Assembly: GCA_964497615.1 (NCBI GenBank)
Contig: CAZCEC010000018.1
Span: forward strand, 1,176-65,175
Direction: 5' to 3'
Origin: an uncultured Anaerolineales bacterium
Lineage (GTDB): Bacteria > Chloroflexota > Anaerolineae > Anaerolineales > UBA6663
Length of the DNA: 64,000 nucleotides
This document shows, one piece after another, positions 6,939 through 15,131 of the stretch. Made by a program: the position numbers and the translations under genes. Under the pieces are notes generated by a model, which was not told the DNA's origin, made no database searches, and saw only the letters and a program-made list of their open reading frames with translations. Each line of letters opens with the position of its first letter. Position 1 is the first letter of the stretch.

Positions 6939-7140
6939 AGCGGGGAGGCAGGGGACTGAAGGGACTCAAGGGAAAGGAGGGAAAGGCGAAGGGTAAAAGG
7001 GGTGTGAGGGGCATAAGGGGCGGGGGGATGCTTGGCTGGGGGACTCAGGGGACTCGAGGGGAAGAGGGAGAAAGGGGGCTGAGGGCAAATGGGGCGAAAT
7101 GTGGAGGGCGTGAGGGGCGGGAGGGTGAGTTTGGGTAAGG
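6939..7140. repeat. G-rich, strand-asymmetric spacer with repeated GGGGACT(C/G)A(A/G)GGG-like motifs
   Basis: Plus strand is almost devoid of C runs and is full of G3-G7 runs. Motif copies: ggggactgaaggg, gggactcaaggg, gggggactcagggg, ggggactcgagggg. Confidence 0.85.
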
Positions 7141-7146
7141 TGGGCG

Positions 7147-7155
7147 TGCTAGAAT
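7147..7155 (+). promoter_or_regulatory. Candidate extended -10 (TGcTAGAAT) for the PBP gene
   Basis: ggcgTGcTAGAATctaac, about 55 nt upstream of ATG 7211. No clear -35. Confidence 0.35.
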
Positions 7156-7210
7156 CTAACATGATGGAAGGTATGGGATGACGATGACAGGCTGGAATTC
7201 GGGCTGACCC

Positions 7211-9739
7211 ATGGCGTCAACGGGCGAGGCACAGAACCAACAGATGGAACGCGGCGGCGGCGGGCGCTGGGCGCGCTGGCGGGGCGTGCGCTGGGCGGCC
7301 CTGTTTCTCTTTCTCTTTCTTCTTCTTTCTGCACTGGCGGGCTGGCAATGGCTGGCGACGGATTTGCCGTCGCTGGACCGGCTGACAGAGAACCTGGCCG
7401 TGCCGAGCACGAAGGTGCTGGCGCGCGACGGGCGGCTGCTGTTCGAGATCACCGATCCGGCGGGGGTGCACCATACGACGGTGCCGCTGAGCGAGATTCC
7501 GCTGGCGTTGCAGCAGGCGACGATCGCAACCGAGGACGCGAGCTTCTACAGCAACCCGGGCGTAGACGTGGTGGGCATCTTGCGGGCGCTGTGGATCAAC
7601 GTGACGGGGGGCGAGGTGCTGGCGGGGGGCAGTACGATCACGCAGCAGGTGGCGCGGAACATGCTGCTGGACCCGCAGGAGCGGGCGGAGCGCACGCTGA
7701 CGCGCAAGCTGCGCGAGAGCATCCTGGCGTGGCGGCTGTCGCGGGCGTACAGCAAGGACGAAATCCTGGCGCTGTATTTGAACCAGACGTATTACGGGCA
7801 TCTGGCCTATGGGGTGGAGGCGGCAGCGCGGACGTTCTTTGGGAAGAGCGTGCGCGACCTGGACCTGGCCGAGAGCGCGCTGCTGGCGGGGCTGCCGCAG
7901 GCGCCGTCTTTGTACGACCCGCTGCTGTTTGCGGAGGCGGCGCGCGAGCGGCAGGCAGTGGTGCTGGACTTGATGGCGCGGCAGGGGTACATCAGCGAGG
8001 AGGCGGCGCGGCTGGCGAAGGGCGAGGAAATGCAGTGGTCGGCGGCGGCGTTTCCGATCGAGGCGCCGCACTTTGTGTTCTATGTGTGGAACCTGCTGGA
8101 GCGGCGGTATGGGCCGGAGGTGCTGTATTCGGGGCTGACGGTGTGGACGACGCTGGACCTGGACCTGACGCGCGAGGCGCAGACGATCGCGGAGCGGCGG
8201 CTGCGGCAGTTGGCGGAGCGGGAGGGGGTGCCGGCGAATGCGACCGGGGCGGCGCTGGTGGCGCTGGACCCGCGCACGGGGCAGATATTGGCGATGCTGG
8301 GGTCGCCGGACTACTTTAGCGCGGAGAACGCCGGGGCGGTGAACATGGCGCTGGCGGCGCGGCAGCCGGGGAGCGCGATGAAGCCGCTTACCTATGCAGC
8401 GGCGTTTTCGCCGGAGTATTGTGGGGGAGGCACTGGCTGCCCGTGGACGGCGGCGACGATGATCCTGGATGTGCGGACGGCGTTTGTGACGAAGGAGGGG
8501 TTCTCGTATGTGCCGCAGAACTATGACCGGGCGTATCACGGACCGGTGTCGGCGCGGGAGGCGCTGGCGGGGAGCCTGAACCTGCCGGCGGTGGTGGCGC
8601 TGGACCACATCGGGCTGCCGACCTTTTTGGGGCTGGCGGGGCGGATGGGGCTGACGACGCTGACGGAGGCCGAGCGGTACGACCTCTCGCTGACGCTGGG
8701 CGGGGGCGAGGTGCGGCTGCTGGACCTGACGGCGGCATTTGGGGCGCTGGCGAACGGGGGTAAACGGATGGAGCCGTATGCGATCCTGAAGATCGAGACG
8801 GCGGCAGGGGAGGTGATCGAACAGTGGCAGCCGGCGGCGGGGGCGCGGGTGGTGGACGAGCGGGTGGCGTACCTGATCGGCGATATCCTGGCGGACAACA
8901 GCGCGCGGGCGCCGACGTTTGGGTTCAACAGCGTGCTGCAGATCGGGCGGCCGGCGGCGGTGAAGACGGGGACAACGACGGACTATCGTGACAACTGGAC
9001 GCTGGGCTACACGCCGGAACTGGTGGCGGGGGTGTGGGTGGGCAACCCCAATAACACGCCGATGATCAACCTGGGCGGGGTGGCGGGGGCGGGGCCGATC
9101 TGGCATGACTTTATGCGGGCGGCGCTGAAGGGCAAGCCGGAGACGTGGTTTGAGGAGCCGCCGGGGATGATGCGGGCGACGGTGTGCGTGCCGTCGGGAT
9201 TATTGCCGACGGACATTTGCCCGCGGACGCGGACGGAGCTGTTCCTGGCGGGGACGGCGCCGACGGCGTACGACGACCTGTACCGGGCGATCGCGATTGA
9301 CACGCGGACGGGCGGGCTGGCGGGGGCGGGGACGCCGGGCGAGTATGTGACGACGCAGGTGTTCCTGGTGCTGCCGCCGGAGGCCCAGGAGTGGGCGCGG
9401 CAAAATGGGATCCCGCAGCCGCCGGGGGAGGTGATGGCCGGGCCGGGCGAGGCGGAGGCGGCGCTGCGGGTGACGTCGCCGGATGCGAACACGGTGTACC
9501 TGATCTCGCCGCGCCTGCCGATCGAGAGCCAGTTGATTCCGCTGCGGGTGGCGGCGGCGGGCGAGGTGCGGTCGGTGACGTACTATGTGGACGGGGCGGC
9601 GATTGAGACGGTGACGAACGCGCCGTTCGAGGCGTGGTGGATGCTGAGGACAGGTACGCACCAGGTGACGGCGGAGGCGCGGCTGGCGGGGGGGGAGGTG
9701 GTGCGGAGCGAGGCGGTAGAGTTTAGAGTAGAACGGTGA
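7211..9739 (+). CDS. Class A penicillin-binding protein (GT51 transglycosylase + transpeptidase, PBP1A family)
   Basis: 842 aa with an N-terminal TM segment. GT51 motifs are EDASFYSNPGVD, GGSTITQQVARN and RKLRE. Transpeptidase motifs are SAMKP (SxxK) and KTGTT. Confidence 0.9.
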   Translation: MASTGEAQNQQMERGGGGRWARWRGVRWAALFLFLFLLLSALAGWQWLATDLPSLDRLTENLAVPSTKVLARDGRLLFEITDPAGVHHTTVPLSEIPLALQQATIATEDASFYSNPGVDVVGILRALWINVTGGEVLAGGSTITQQVARNMLLDPQERAERTLTRKLRESILAWRLSRAYSKDEILALYLNQTYYGHLAYGVEAAARTFFGKSVRDLDLAESALLAGLPQAPSLYDPLLFAEAARERQAVVLDLMARQGYISEEAARLAKGEEMQWSAAAFPIEAPHFVFYVWNLLERRYGPEVLYSGLTVWTTLDLDLTREAQTIAERRLRQLAEREGVPANATGAALVALDPRTGQILAMLGSPDYFSAENAGAVNMALAARQPGSAMKPLTYAAAFSPEYCGGGTGCPWTAATMILDVRTAFVTKEGFSYVPQNYDRAYHGPVSAREALAGSLNLPAVVALDHIGLPTFLGLAGRMGLTTLTEAERYDLSLTLGGGEVRLLDLTAAFGALANGGKRMEPYAILKIETAAGEVIEQWQPAAGARVVDERVAYLIGDILADNSARAPTFGFNSVLQIGRPAAVKTGTTTDYRDNWTLGYTPELVAGVWVGNPNNTPMINLGGVAGAGPIWHDFMRAALKGKPETWFEEPPGMMRATVCVPSGLLPTDICPRTRTELFLAGTAPTAYDDLYRAIAIDTRTGGLAGAGTPGEYVTTQVFLVLPPEAQEWARQNGIPQPPGEVMAGPGEAEAALRVTSPDANTVYLISPRLPIESQLIPLRVAAAGEVRSVTYYVDGAAIETVTNAPFEAWWMLRTGTHQVTAEARLAGGEVVRSEAVEFRVER

Positions 9740-9832
9740 ACGCGAGCTTGGGCGTCAACGGATAAGGCAACGGTTCAAGGGACCACATTGCGGGTTCGGT
9801 AGAGGGGCAGCGCGGCTGATGGCTCACGCCCG

Positions 9833-10087
9833 TCATGGCTGTGTGTTCGTTAAGGGGACAACTGAAGCCGGTGTGCGTGGCGATCCAGGCGTCGTTGGAC
9901 GCGAAGCTTGACGGTCACGGTTGGCGTAGATTTCAGCTGCGAGGGCATCAAGCTTGGGGTCGCTCCAAAGACCGAAGGCGGCCATGGCTCGGTGAACTTC
10001 GCCGCGGCGGATGGCCGCGATGAGGTCTGGGTCCTGCCCAAGGGCCAGCGCCGAAACCAGGTTAGTGTCGTCACGGCTAAGATCCAT
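9833..10087 (-). CDS. Small hypothetical protein (84 aa), predicted leaderless
   Basis: ORF track entry MDLSRDDTNLVSALALGQDPDLIAAIRRGEVHRAMAAFGLWSDPKLDALAAEIYANRDRQ... TATAAT (10100..10095), then 7 nt, then ATG 10087. No family recognised. Confidence 0.35.
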   Translation of the reverse strand: MDLSRDDTNLVSALALGQDPDLIAAIRRGEVHRAMAAFGLWSDPKLDALAAEIYANRDRQASRPTTPGSPRTPASVVPLTNTQP

Positions 10088-10173
10088 AGAACGAATTATA
10101 GATCACTGCGGACCAAGGAGAGATTCCTCAGGCCGCAAAGGCGGCGGCCTTCGGAATGACATTGACCGGCGGG

Positions 10174-10213
10174 GCGGGGAGCGTGTGCTCAATCGCACGC
10201 GCTCCCCGCTTTT
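10174..10213 (+). terminator. Orphan plus-strand hairpin followed by TTTT
   Basis: gcggggagcgtgtgc-tcaatc-gcacgcgctccccgc (15-bp arms, one mismatch), then ttttg. No annotated plus-strand gene ends nearby; the PBP stops about 430 nt upstream. Confidence 0.35.
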
Positions 10214-10350
10214 GCTGTGGGAGGCCGGCGGGATCGGGGCATAAAGCCCCGGACTACGGGAGACCGGCGGGCGACGGGGCGTGACCCCACCCCCGAAAAG
10301 ATGGGGGCAGGCGGGGCGCTTCGCAGAGCCGCGCGGTACAGACAGGGAAG

Positions 10351-13300
10351 CTAACGCATGATGATCGGCAGGAGGAGGCGGTAGATGTATTGGGCGACGG
10401 TGACGGCGGGGGCGGCGAGGTGGCGCACCTGGCCGTCGCCGGCAAGCTGGGCGGTGTTGTTGACGGTGCCGCTGAAAGCGATGGAGGCCTGGACGGTGAC
10501 GGTGTAGAGCACCTGCGCCAGCGGGCCGACCGAGCCGGTGCCGGTGAGAGTCGTGCTGCCGTTGAGGCCGGGGGCGTTGACGAGGGTGAGATTGAGGTCG
10601 AGCACATCGGTGAGGTGATAGGTGGCGGTTAGCTCGCCGCTGTTGGAGATGGTGAGGGTGTAGGTGAGCAGGTCGCCGCCGGTGATGGAGGTGGTGTTGA
10701 CCGTCTTTGAGGAGCCAGAGAGGTCTGCCGGGAAGGGCAGGTCGAGGCCGATGAGGACGGGGTCGTGGTCGGAGGCGCGGAACTGGTCGGGGGCGTAGAG
10801 GTCCTGCGGCTTGAACTCGATGTTGTAGTCAATGACGGAGGGCTCGTCGGCGTTGATGTGCCAGAAGGCGGCGCCGGTGATGTAGGGGTTGAGGCTGCCG
10901 GTGGACAGGCCGTGGTCCAGGTAGCCGGAGAAGCCGTCGAAGATGTAGGAGTAACGCCCGGCGGCGGGGATGTGCTGGGCGGCCTGGTCAATGAGGCCGC
11001 CAGCCACGAGGGTGTCGATCGGGTCTTCGGCGCCGTAGGAGTTCAGGTCGCCGATGACGATGACGTCCGGGTCGCCAGTCTCGGCCTGGAGATCGGCGAT
11101 GAAGTCCAGCAGGCCGGCGGCCTGCTCGACACGCTTGAGGTTCCAGCAGCCCTGCCCGTCACCCTGGTCGAGGTCGGGGCCGGAGCCTGGGCAACTGCCC
11201 TTGGACTTGAAGTGGTTGACGATGACGGTGAAGGTCTGACCGGTGAGGTTGTCCTGGAAGGTCTGCGCCAGGGGGGTGCGGTCGAACAGTTCGCCGGTGT
11301 AGGTGATGTGGTCGGTGACCTGGTAGTTGACGGCCAGGCCGACGGGGGTGACGGCGGCGGGCTGGTAGATGAGGGCGACCTTGATCTCGTCGGTGCCGGG
11401 GTCGGGCTCGGCCACGAAGGCGTAGGTGCCGGGGGCGGTCTCTTCGTTGAGGCGGTCCACCAAAGCCTGGATGGCGCTTTGGGCGCCGGTGCCGTCGTTC
11501 TCGATCTCCATCAACCCGACCACATCGGCGTCCAGGGCCACCAGGGCGGTGATGATCTTAGCCTCCTGGCGGATGAACTCGGTGAGGCTGTCGGCGCCGC
11601 GGGAGGTGGGGAAGCCGCCGCCCAGGCCGTCGCCGTTGAAGTAGTTGAGGACGTTGAAGCTGCCGACGCGCAGGTGGCCGCCCACGTCGCCGGGGAGAGC
11701 GGGGCGGTCGTTGACGCGGGTGAAGGTGACGGGCGCGGTGGGGTGCAGGCGGTAGAAGCGAATGTTGAAGTCGGAGTTGATCTGGCCATAGTCGAGCAGG
11801 CCGGTGAGGCCAGAGACCACGTCCCCGGCGCGGAGGGTGTTGTCGTCGCCGATGTAGGGGATGGGGTTGGGGTTCTGGTCGTTCAAGCCGTCATCCAGCA
11901 CCAGCATGCGCTTGGTGTTCTCTTCCAGGTCTTCACCCAGGTCGTTACCGTTGGTGGGGTTGTAGAGGCGGCCATCGGCGGCGAGGGTGACCTGGCCGTA
12001 GCGGCCCTGGAAGAAATTTTGCTGGGCGGTGAGGGTTTGCGGGATGGTGACGTACATGCCCTCGTAGCGCTCGTGATCGCCGAGAGTGTCCACCGGCAGG
12101 GTCAGCACAGTGGGGGCGAGGGCGTGGCCGGTGCTGCAGACGGTGACGGTGGTGACGGCGCCGAGCTCGGTGAGGGTGTTGAACTCGGTGATGGTGCCGG
12201 AGGCCACGATGAGGTCGCCCGCGCTGACGGCGAGGCTGTTGTTGAAGACGAACAGGCCGTCGGAGGTGGCGGGGTCGCCGTCGCCGCCGTCCTCGTCCTG
12301 GAGGAAGTAGCCGCTAAGGTTGACCGAGCCCTGATAGTCGCCGGTGACGATGCCGCGGGTGGTGACGGCCTGGCTGAGGTAGGGCGAGGTGGCGGTGGGG
12401 CCCTGGAGGGCGGAGATTTCGATGAAGCTGGCGTCGCACGGGTCGGGGGCGAGGACGGTGGTGGTGAACTCGGCCAGGTTGTTGCCGGGGTCGTCGCCGA
12501 TGGCGGTGGTGGTGAGGTGGACCGTGTTGGTGAAGACGTCGTTCTCGACCACGCTGACGGGCATGGTAAGGGCGAGGGTGAAGGAGAAGTGGGTGTTGCC
12601 GAGGACGGTGCCGGCCAGCCAGGTGCGGGTGGTGAGGTTGTCCACGACGCTCAGGCCACTGTCGTCGAAGGCGATGTTGTCCACGTCGAAGCCGGCGGGG
12701 AGGGTGTCGGTGAGGGTGACGGTGGTGGAAAGCTGGCCGTTGTTGCCGTAGCCGATGGTGTAGGTGATGCGCTTGCCCTGCTGGAGCGTGGCCGGGCCGG
12801 TCTTAGTGACGTAGGGGTCCGCGCCGAGGATGGTCACGCCGGCCTGGGCGAAGTTGTCGTCCAGGGTAGTTTCGGGGAGGCCGCTGGTGAGGACGGCGGT
12901 GTTGGTGAAGACACCGGCGGCGCTGGCAGTGCCGGTGAGCAGGATGGTGCCGCTGACGCCGACGCCGACGGATCCGAGGGTCCAGGTGACGAAGCCGTTG
13001 GCGTGCACGCCGCTGGCGGAGTCCTCGACGTAGGTAAGGCCGCCGGGGAGGCTGTCGACGAGGACCACGCCGGTCATGTCCACATCGCCGGTGTTGGAGT
13101 AGGACAGGGTGAAGGTGACGTCGCTTCCGGCGACGATGTCTGCGGCGGGGCCGGATTTGGCGAGGGCGAGGTTGGGAGCGCCAACGAGAGTGTAGGCCTC
13201 GGCCGTGTTATCGGCCGTAACGGTTTCGGTGGTGGCGGTGGAGACCGAGACGGTGTTGGTGAGCCAGGCGCCGGCCGCAATGGTGTTCGACAGGACTGCC

Positions 13301-14220
13301 TGGACCGACACGGTCACGCCGAGGCTGCCGACGGGCAGGGTGCCCAGGTCCCATACTAACTCCTGGCTGGTGGGCTGGGAAAACGAGACGGGGAGATCGG
13401 TGGTGTAGGTGACGAAGTCCACACCGGCCGGCAGGGTGTCCGTGAGAATGGTGCTGGTGGCGGACAGGGAGCCAGTGGCTGACAGCGTGAGGGTGTAGGT
13501 GATTGGCGCGGCAAGGCCGACCAGTTCCGGACCCGACTTGCTGATCTCCAACTCGGCCCCGAAGCTACAGGGGTCAATCGTGTGGGCGCCCAATTCCGAG
13601 AGAGTGTTGTTGGCGTATCCGTCCCACTCAGCGGCGAGATCGTCTCCAAAGTCGTTGGCCCCATTGGTGTCGCCGGAAATGATCGAACTCTTGCGGACCA
13701 AGGTGTTGTCGACGGTGCTGACCAGACCCGTTCCCCATTCGGTGCCAGGGTCAAAGCCGATCTGACCAAAGGTGTCAATGATCTGGCCGTTGTGGAAGAG
13801 CGCCAGAGCGTCGTCGCCGTTGAAGTTGATGACGGCGGACGAAATCTGGTCGGCCAGGACCGTAATGGTCACAGCCGCCGAACCATGGGCGAGGACGTAA
13901 ACGTCGTCCGGCGCAATGGTGCCCGACAAGACAACCGATTGGGAGACACTGGCACTGCCGTTCGTATAGAGCGCCAGGGAATAGGTGCCGGAGACAGAGA
14001 TCGGGTACTCAGTGCCGTTATAGAGTTCGATGGCCTTGTTGAAGGATGAACCTTCAATGTACTCAGAGATAAACAGGTTGGTTGGGCACGCGTTGACGGG
14101 CTCCAGGGCCGGGCGGGTTGGGGCGCTGGCTGACAAAGATGGCGTGGGCGCGGCGGCGGCGACGGGGGCGAAGACGGTGGACAGGACCAGCGTGAGGGCG
14201 AGGGCGAGGCGACGCAGCAT
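10351..14220 (-). CDS. ExeM/NucH-type extracellular nuclease: signal peptide, LTD-like domain, DUF11-type repeats, endonuclease/exonuclease/phosphatase domain, more DUF11-type repeats, C-terminal YRLLLPIIMR tail
   Basis: I prefer ATG 14220 (MLRRLALALTLVLSTVFAPVAAAAP signal peptide, AGGAG 6 nt upstream) over the ORF-track start at 14424. FISEYIEGSSFNKAIELYNGT marks the LTD domain, LRVGSFNVLNYFNG and SDHDPVLIGL the EEP domain. ITYTLTLS..LTDTLPAGVDFV-type repeats are present. Confidence 0.85.
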   Translation of the reverse strand: MLRRLALALTLVLSTVFAPVAAAAPTPSLSASAPTRPALEPVNACPTNLFISEYIEGSSFNKAIELYNGTEYPISVSGTYSLALYTNGSASVSQSVVLSGTIAPDDVYVLAHGSAAVTITVLADQISSAVINFNGDDALALFHNGQIIDTFGQIGFDPGTEWGTGLVSTVDNTLVRKSSIISGDTNGANDFGDDLAAEWDGYANNTLSELGAHTIDPCSFGAELEISKSGPELVGLAAPITYTLTLSATGSLSATSTILTDTLPAGVDFVTYTTDLPVSFSQPTSQELVWDLGTLPVGSLGVTVSVQAVLSNTIAAGAWLTNTVSVSTATTETVTADNTAEAYTLVGAPNLALAKSGPAADIVAGSDVTFTLSYSNTGDVDMTGVVLVDSLPGGLTYVEDSASGVHANGFVTWTLGSVGVGVSGTILLTGTASAAGVFTNTAVLTSGLPETTLDDNFAQAGVTILGADPYVTKTGPATLQQGKRITYTIGYGNNGQLSTTVTLTDTLPAGFDVDNIAFDDSGLSVVDNLTTRTWLAGTVLGNTHFSFTLALTMPVSVVENDVFTNTVHLTTTAIGDDPGNNLAEFTTTVLAPDPCDASFIEISALQGPTATSPYLSQAVTTRGIVTGDYQGSVNLSGYFLQDEDGGDGDPATSDGLFVFNNSLAVSAGDLIVASGTITEFNTLTELGAVTTVTVCSTGHALAPTVLTLPVDTLGDHERYEGMYVTIPQTLTAQQNFFQGRYGQVTLAADGRLYNPTNGNDLGEDLEENTKRMLVLDDGLNDQNPNPIPYIGDDNTLRAGDVVSGLTGLLDYGQINSDFNIRFYRLHPTAPVTFTRVNDRPALPGDVGGHLRVGSFNVLNYFNGDGLGGGFPTSRGADSLTEFIRQEAKIITALVALDADVVGLMEIENDGTGAQSAIQALVDRLNEETAPGTYAFVAEPDPGTDEIKVALIYQPAAVTPVGLAVNYQVTDHITYTGELFDRTPLAQTFQDNLTGQTFTVIVNHFKSKGSCPGSGPDLDQGDGQGCWNLKRVEQAAGLLDFIADLQAETGDPDVIVIGDLNSYGAEDPIDTLVAGGLIDQAAQHIPAAGRYSYIFDGFSGYLDHGLSTGSLNPYITGAAFWHINADEPSVIDYNIEFKPQDLYAPDQFRASDHDPVLIGLDLPFPADLSGSSKTVNTTSITGGDLLTYTLTISNSGELTATYHLTDVLDLNLTLVNAPGLNGSTTLTGTGSVGPLAQVLYTVTVQASIAFSGTVNNTAQLAGDGQVRHLAAPAVTVAQYIYRLLLPIIMR

Positions 14221-14400
14221 CGTCAGTCTCCTGGGGGAGGGTGCCGGGTGGGGCAGTTCGGGCGGCTGGAAGGGCGAGTCAAGATGTGGACCTTGAACCC
14301 TGCGCGCGGCGAAATGATATAGAAAGTACAGGATGGCTGACAGCGGGCGCCGGGGAGCGGGGCCGGGGCTGGGCCGCCAGGGTGCGGCCGATATGGTTAC

Positions 14401-14430
14401 ATTATAGTGGCTGTTGGCTGTCAAGCCAAC
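14401..14430 (-). promoter_or_regulatory. Candidate promoter of the nuclease gene with overlapping 7-4-7 inverted repeat
   Basis: Reverse strand reads GTTGGCTtgacAGCCAACagccacTATAATg. This gives TTGGCT-17-TATAAT (14429..14424 and 14406..14401). The perfect palindrome GTTGGCT-N4-AGCCAAC (14413..14430) lies over the -35. It predicts a C-rich 5' UTR of about 175 nt. Confidence 0.5.
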
Positions 14431-14491
14431 ATACTGCGACGGTCAAGCCAGGATCAGGCGGCGGGGGTGGCAAAGGCGGAAATACTGGTCT

Positions 14492-14507
14492 TTTGTCTAG
14501 AGACAAA
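14492..14507. promoter_or_regulatory. 7-2-7 inverted repeat TTTGTCT-ag-AGACAAA in an AT-rich island
   Basis: Read directly. The island (about 14490..14555) is the most AT-rich stretch I saw in the window. The repeat resembles GntR/HutC-type tGTCTAGAcA half-site architecture. Confidence 0.35.
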
Positions 14508-14776
14508 TCCTGAAAAATCGGATAAACTATTCTATAACTAGACCTATATATGGGGGCAGGGCCGAGGCTGATGGCCGGGGGCGGGGGGTATTGGCGGGCG
14601 GCGAACGAAACTTTTGTGCGGGGCCGGGGTTAATTGTTAGGGTAAGGTTGGCGGGGCGCTGGGTGACCGCCAACAGGGGGAGCGGGGTGGTGTGCGGCAG
14701 GGCAGCCGGACCGGGACGCCGATTGGGTCAGGGCCCAATACCCGGGCGGGTAGCCCTTGGGACTGGGGAGGTGGAG

Positions 14777-14881
14777 ATGGACCCCGTCTTGGTGGGCGCG
14801 GTGATCGTGTTAGTGGTGGTCCTGGCGATTTTCAGCGCCATCAGCTTTCTGGGGCTGTTAGGCCCCTCGAAGCGCTGGTAG
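14777..14881 (+). CDS. Small hydrophobic peptide (34 aa)
   Basis: MDPVLVGAVIVLVVVLAIFSAISFLGLLGPSKRW, an internal ATG of ORF 14591..14881. GGAGGTGGAG RBS lies directly upstream and a terminator immediately downstream. Confidence 0.45.
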   Translation: MDPVLVGAVIVLVVVLAIFSAISFLGLLGPSKRW

Positions 14882-14906
14882 GCGCAACGCAGCCAGGCAC
14901 CCCGGC

Positions 14907-14953
14907 GGGGCGTCTTTGCCGTCTGTGACGGTGGAGACGCCCCGTTTGGTTTT
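14907..14953 (+). terminator. Intrinsic terminator after the small peptide ORF
   Basis: ggggcgtct-(19 nt)-agacgcccc followed by gtttggtttt. Confidence 0.6.
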
Positions 14954-15131
14954 ACTGCCCGTTTGCAGCGGATTATGTAACGGATGTAGCGGATGGAGGG
15001 TCGATGGCCGATGCCATAAGCAGTTGCAAAGTCGGGCTTTGCAGAGCACCCGCGCCACAAGACGTTTGGGAAGGCGGGGGCGATTCGAGTCTGAGGCGGC
15101 GCACCGCGCCTTTTTGACGCGGGCGGAGAGG

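Noticed and set aside
7304-7330. A 27-nt pure pyrimidine (CT) tract that looked like a microsatellite related to the purine-rich spacers.
   Set aside because: It is in frame inside the PBP gene and encodes the LFLFLFLLL core of the N-terminal membrane anchor. No frame disruption is seen. It is noted only as unusual codon usage for this GC content.
7217-9106. Very long alternative-frame ORFs opposite or overlapping real genes. Examples: 7217..9106(-), 10765..13359(+), 16763..19102(+), 24113..25324(+), 25526..26887(+), 32212..33738(-), 38991..41336(+), 58967..61237(-).
   Set aside because: Their translations are Arg/Pro/Gly/Ala/His-rich low-complexity sequences typical of shadow ORFs in high-GC DNA. 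The opposite or alternative frame carries unambiguous family motifs (PBP, nuclease, GRE, aconitase, E1/E2, PdxA, SBP).
14419-14424. A perfect TTGACA on the minus strand upstream of the nuclease TATAAT.
   Set aside because: The spacer to TATAAT is only 12 nt. The overlapping TTGGCT, at 17 nt, is the plausible -35. The TTGACA is part of the palindrome.
14560-14776. The leader of the 34-aa peptide gene, tested by eye against riboswitch classes I remember (guanidine-II/mini-ykkC ACGR hairpins, fluoride crcB motif, c-di-GMP GEMM, SRP/6S-like RNAs).
   Set aside because: None of the conserved loop or junction sequences is present, and the downstream gene is not of the expected type. It is left as an unclassified structured leader.
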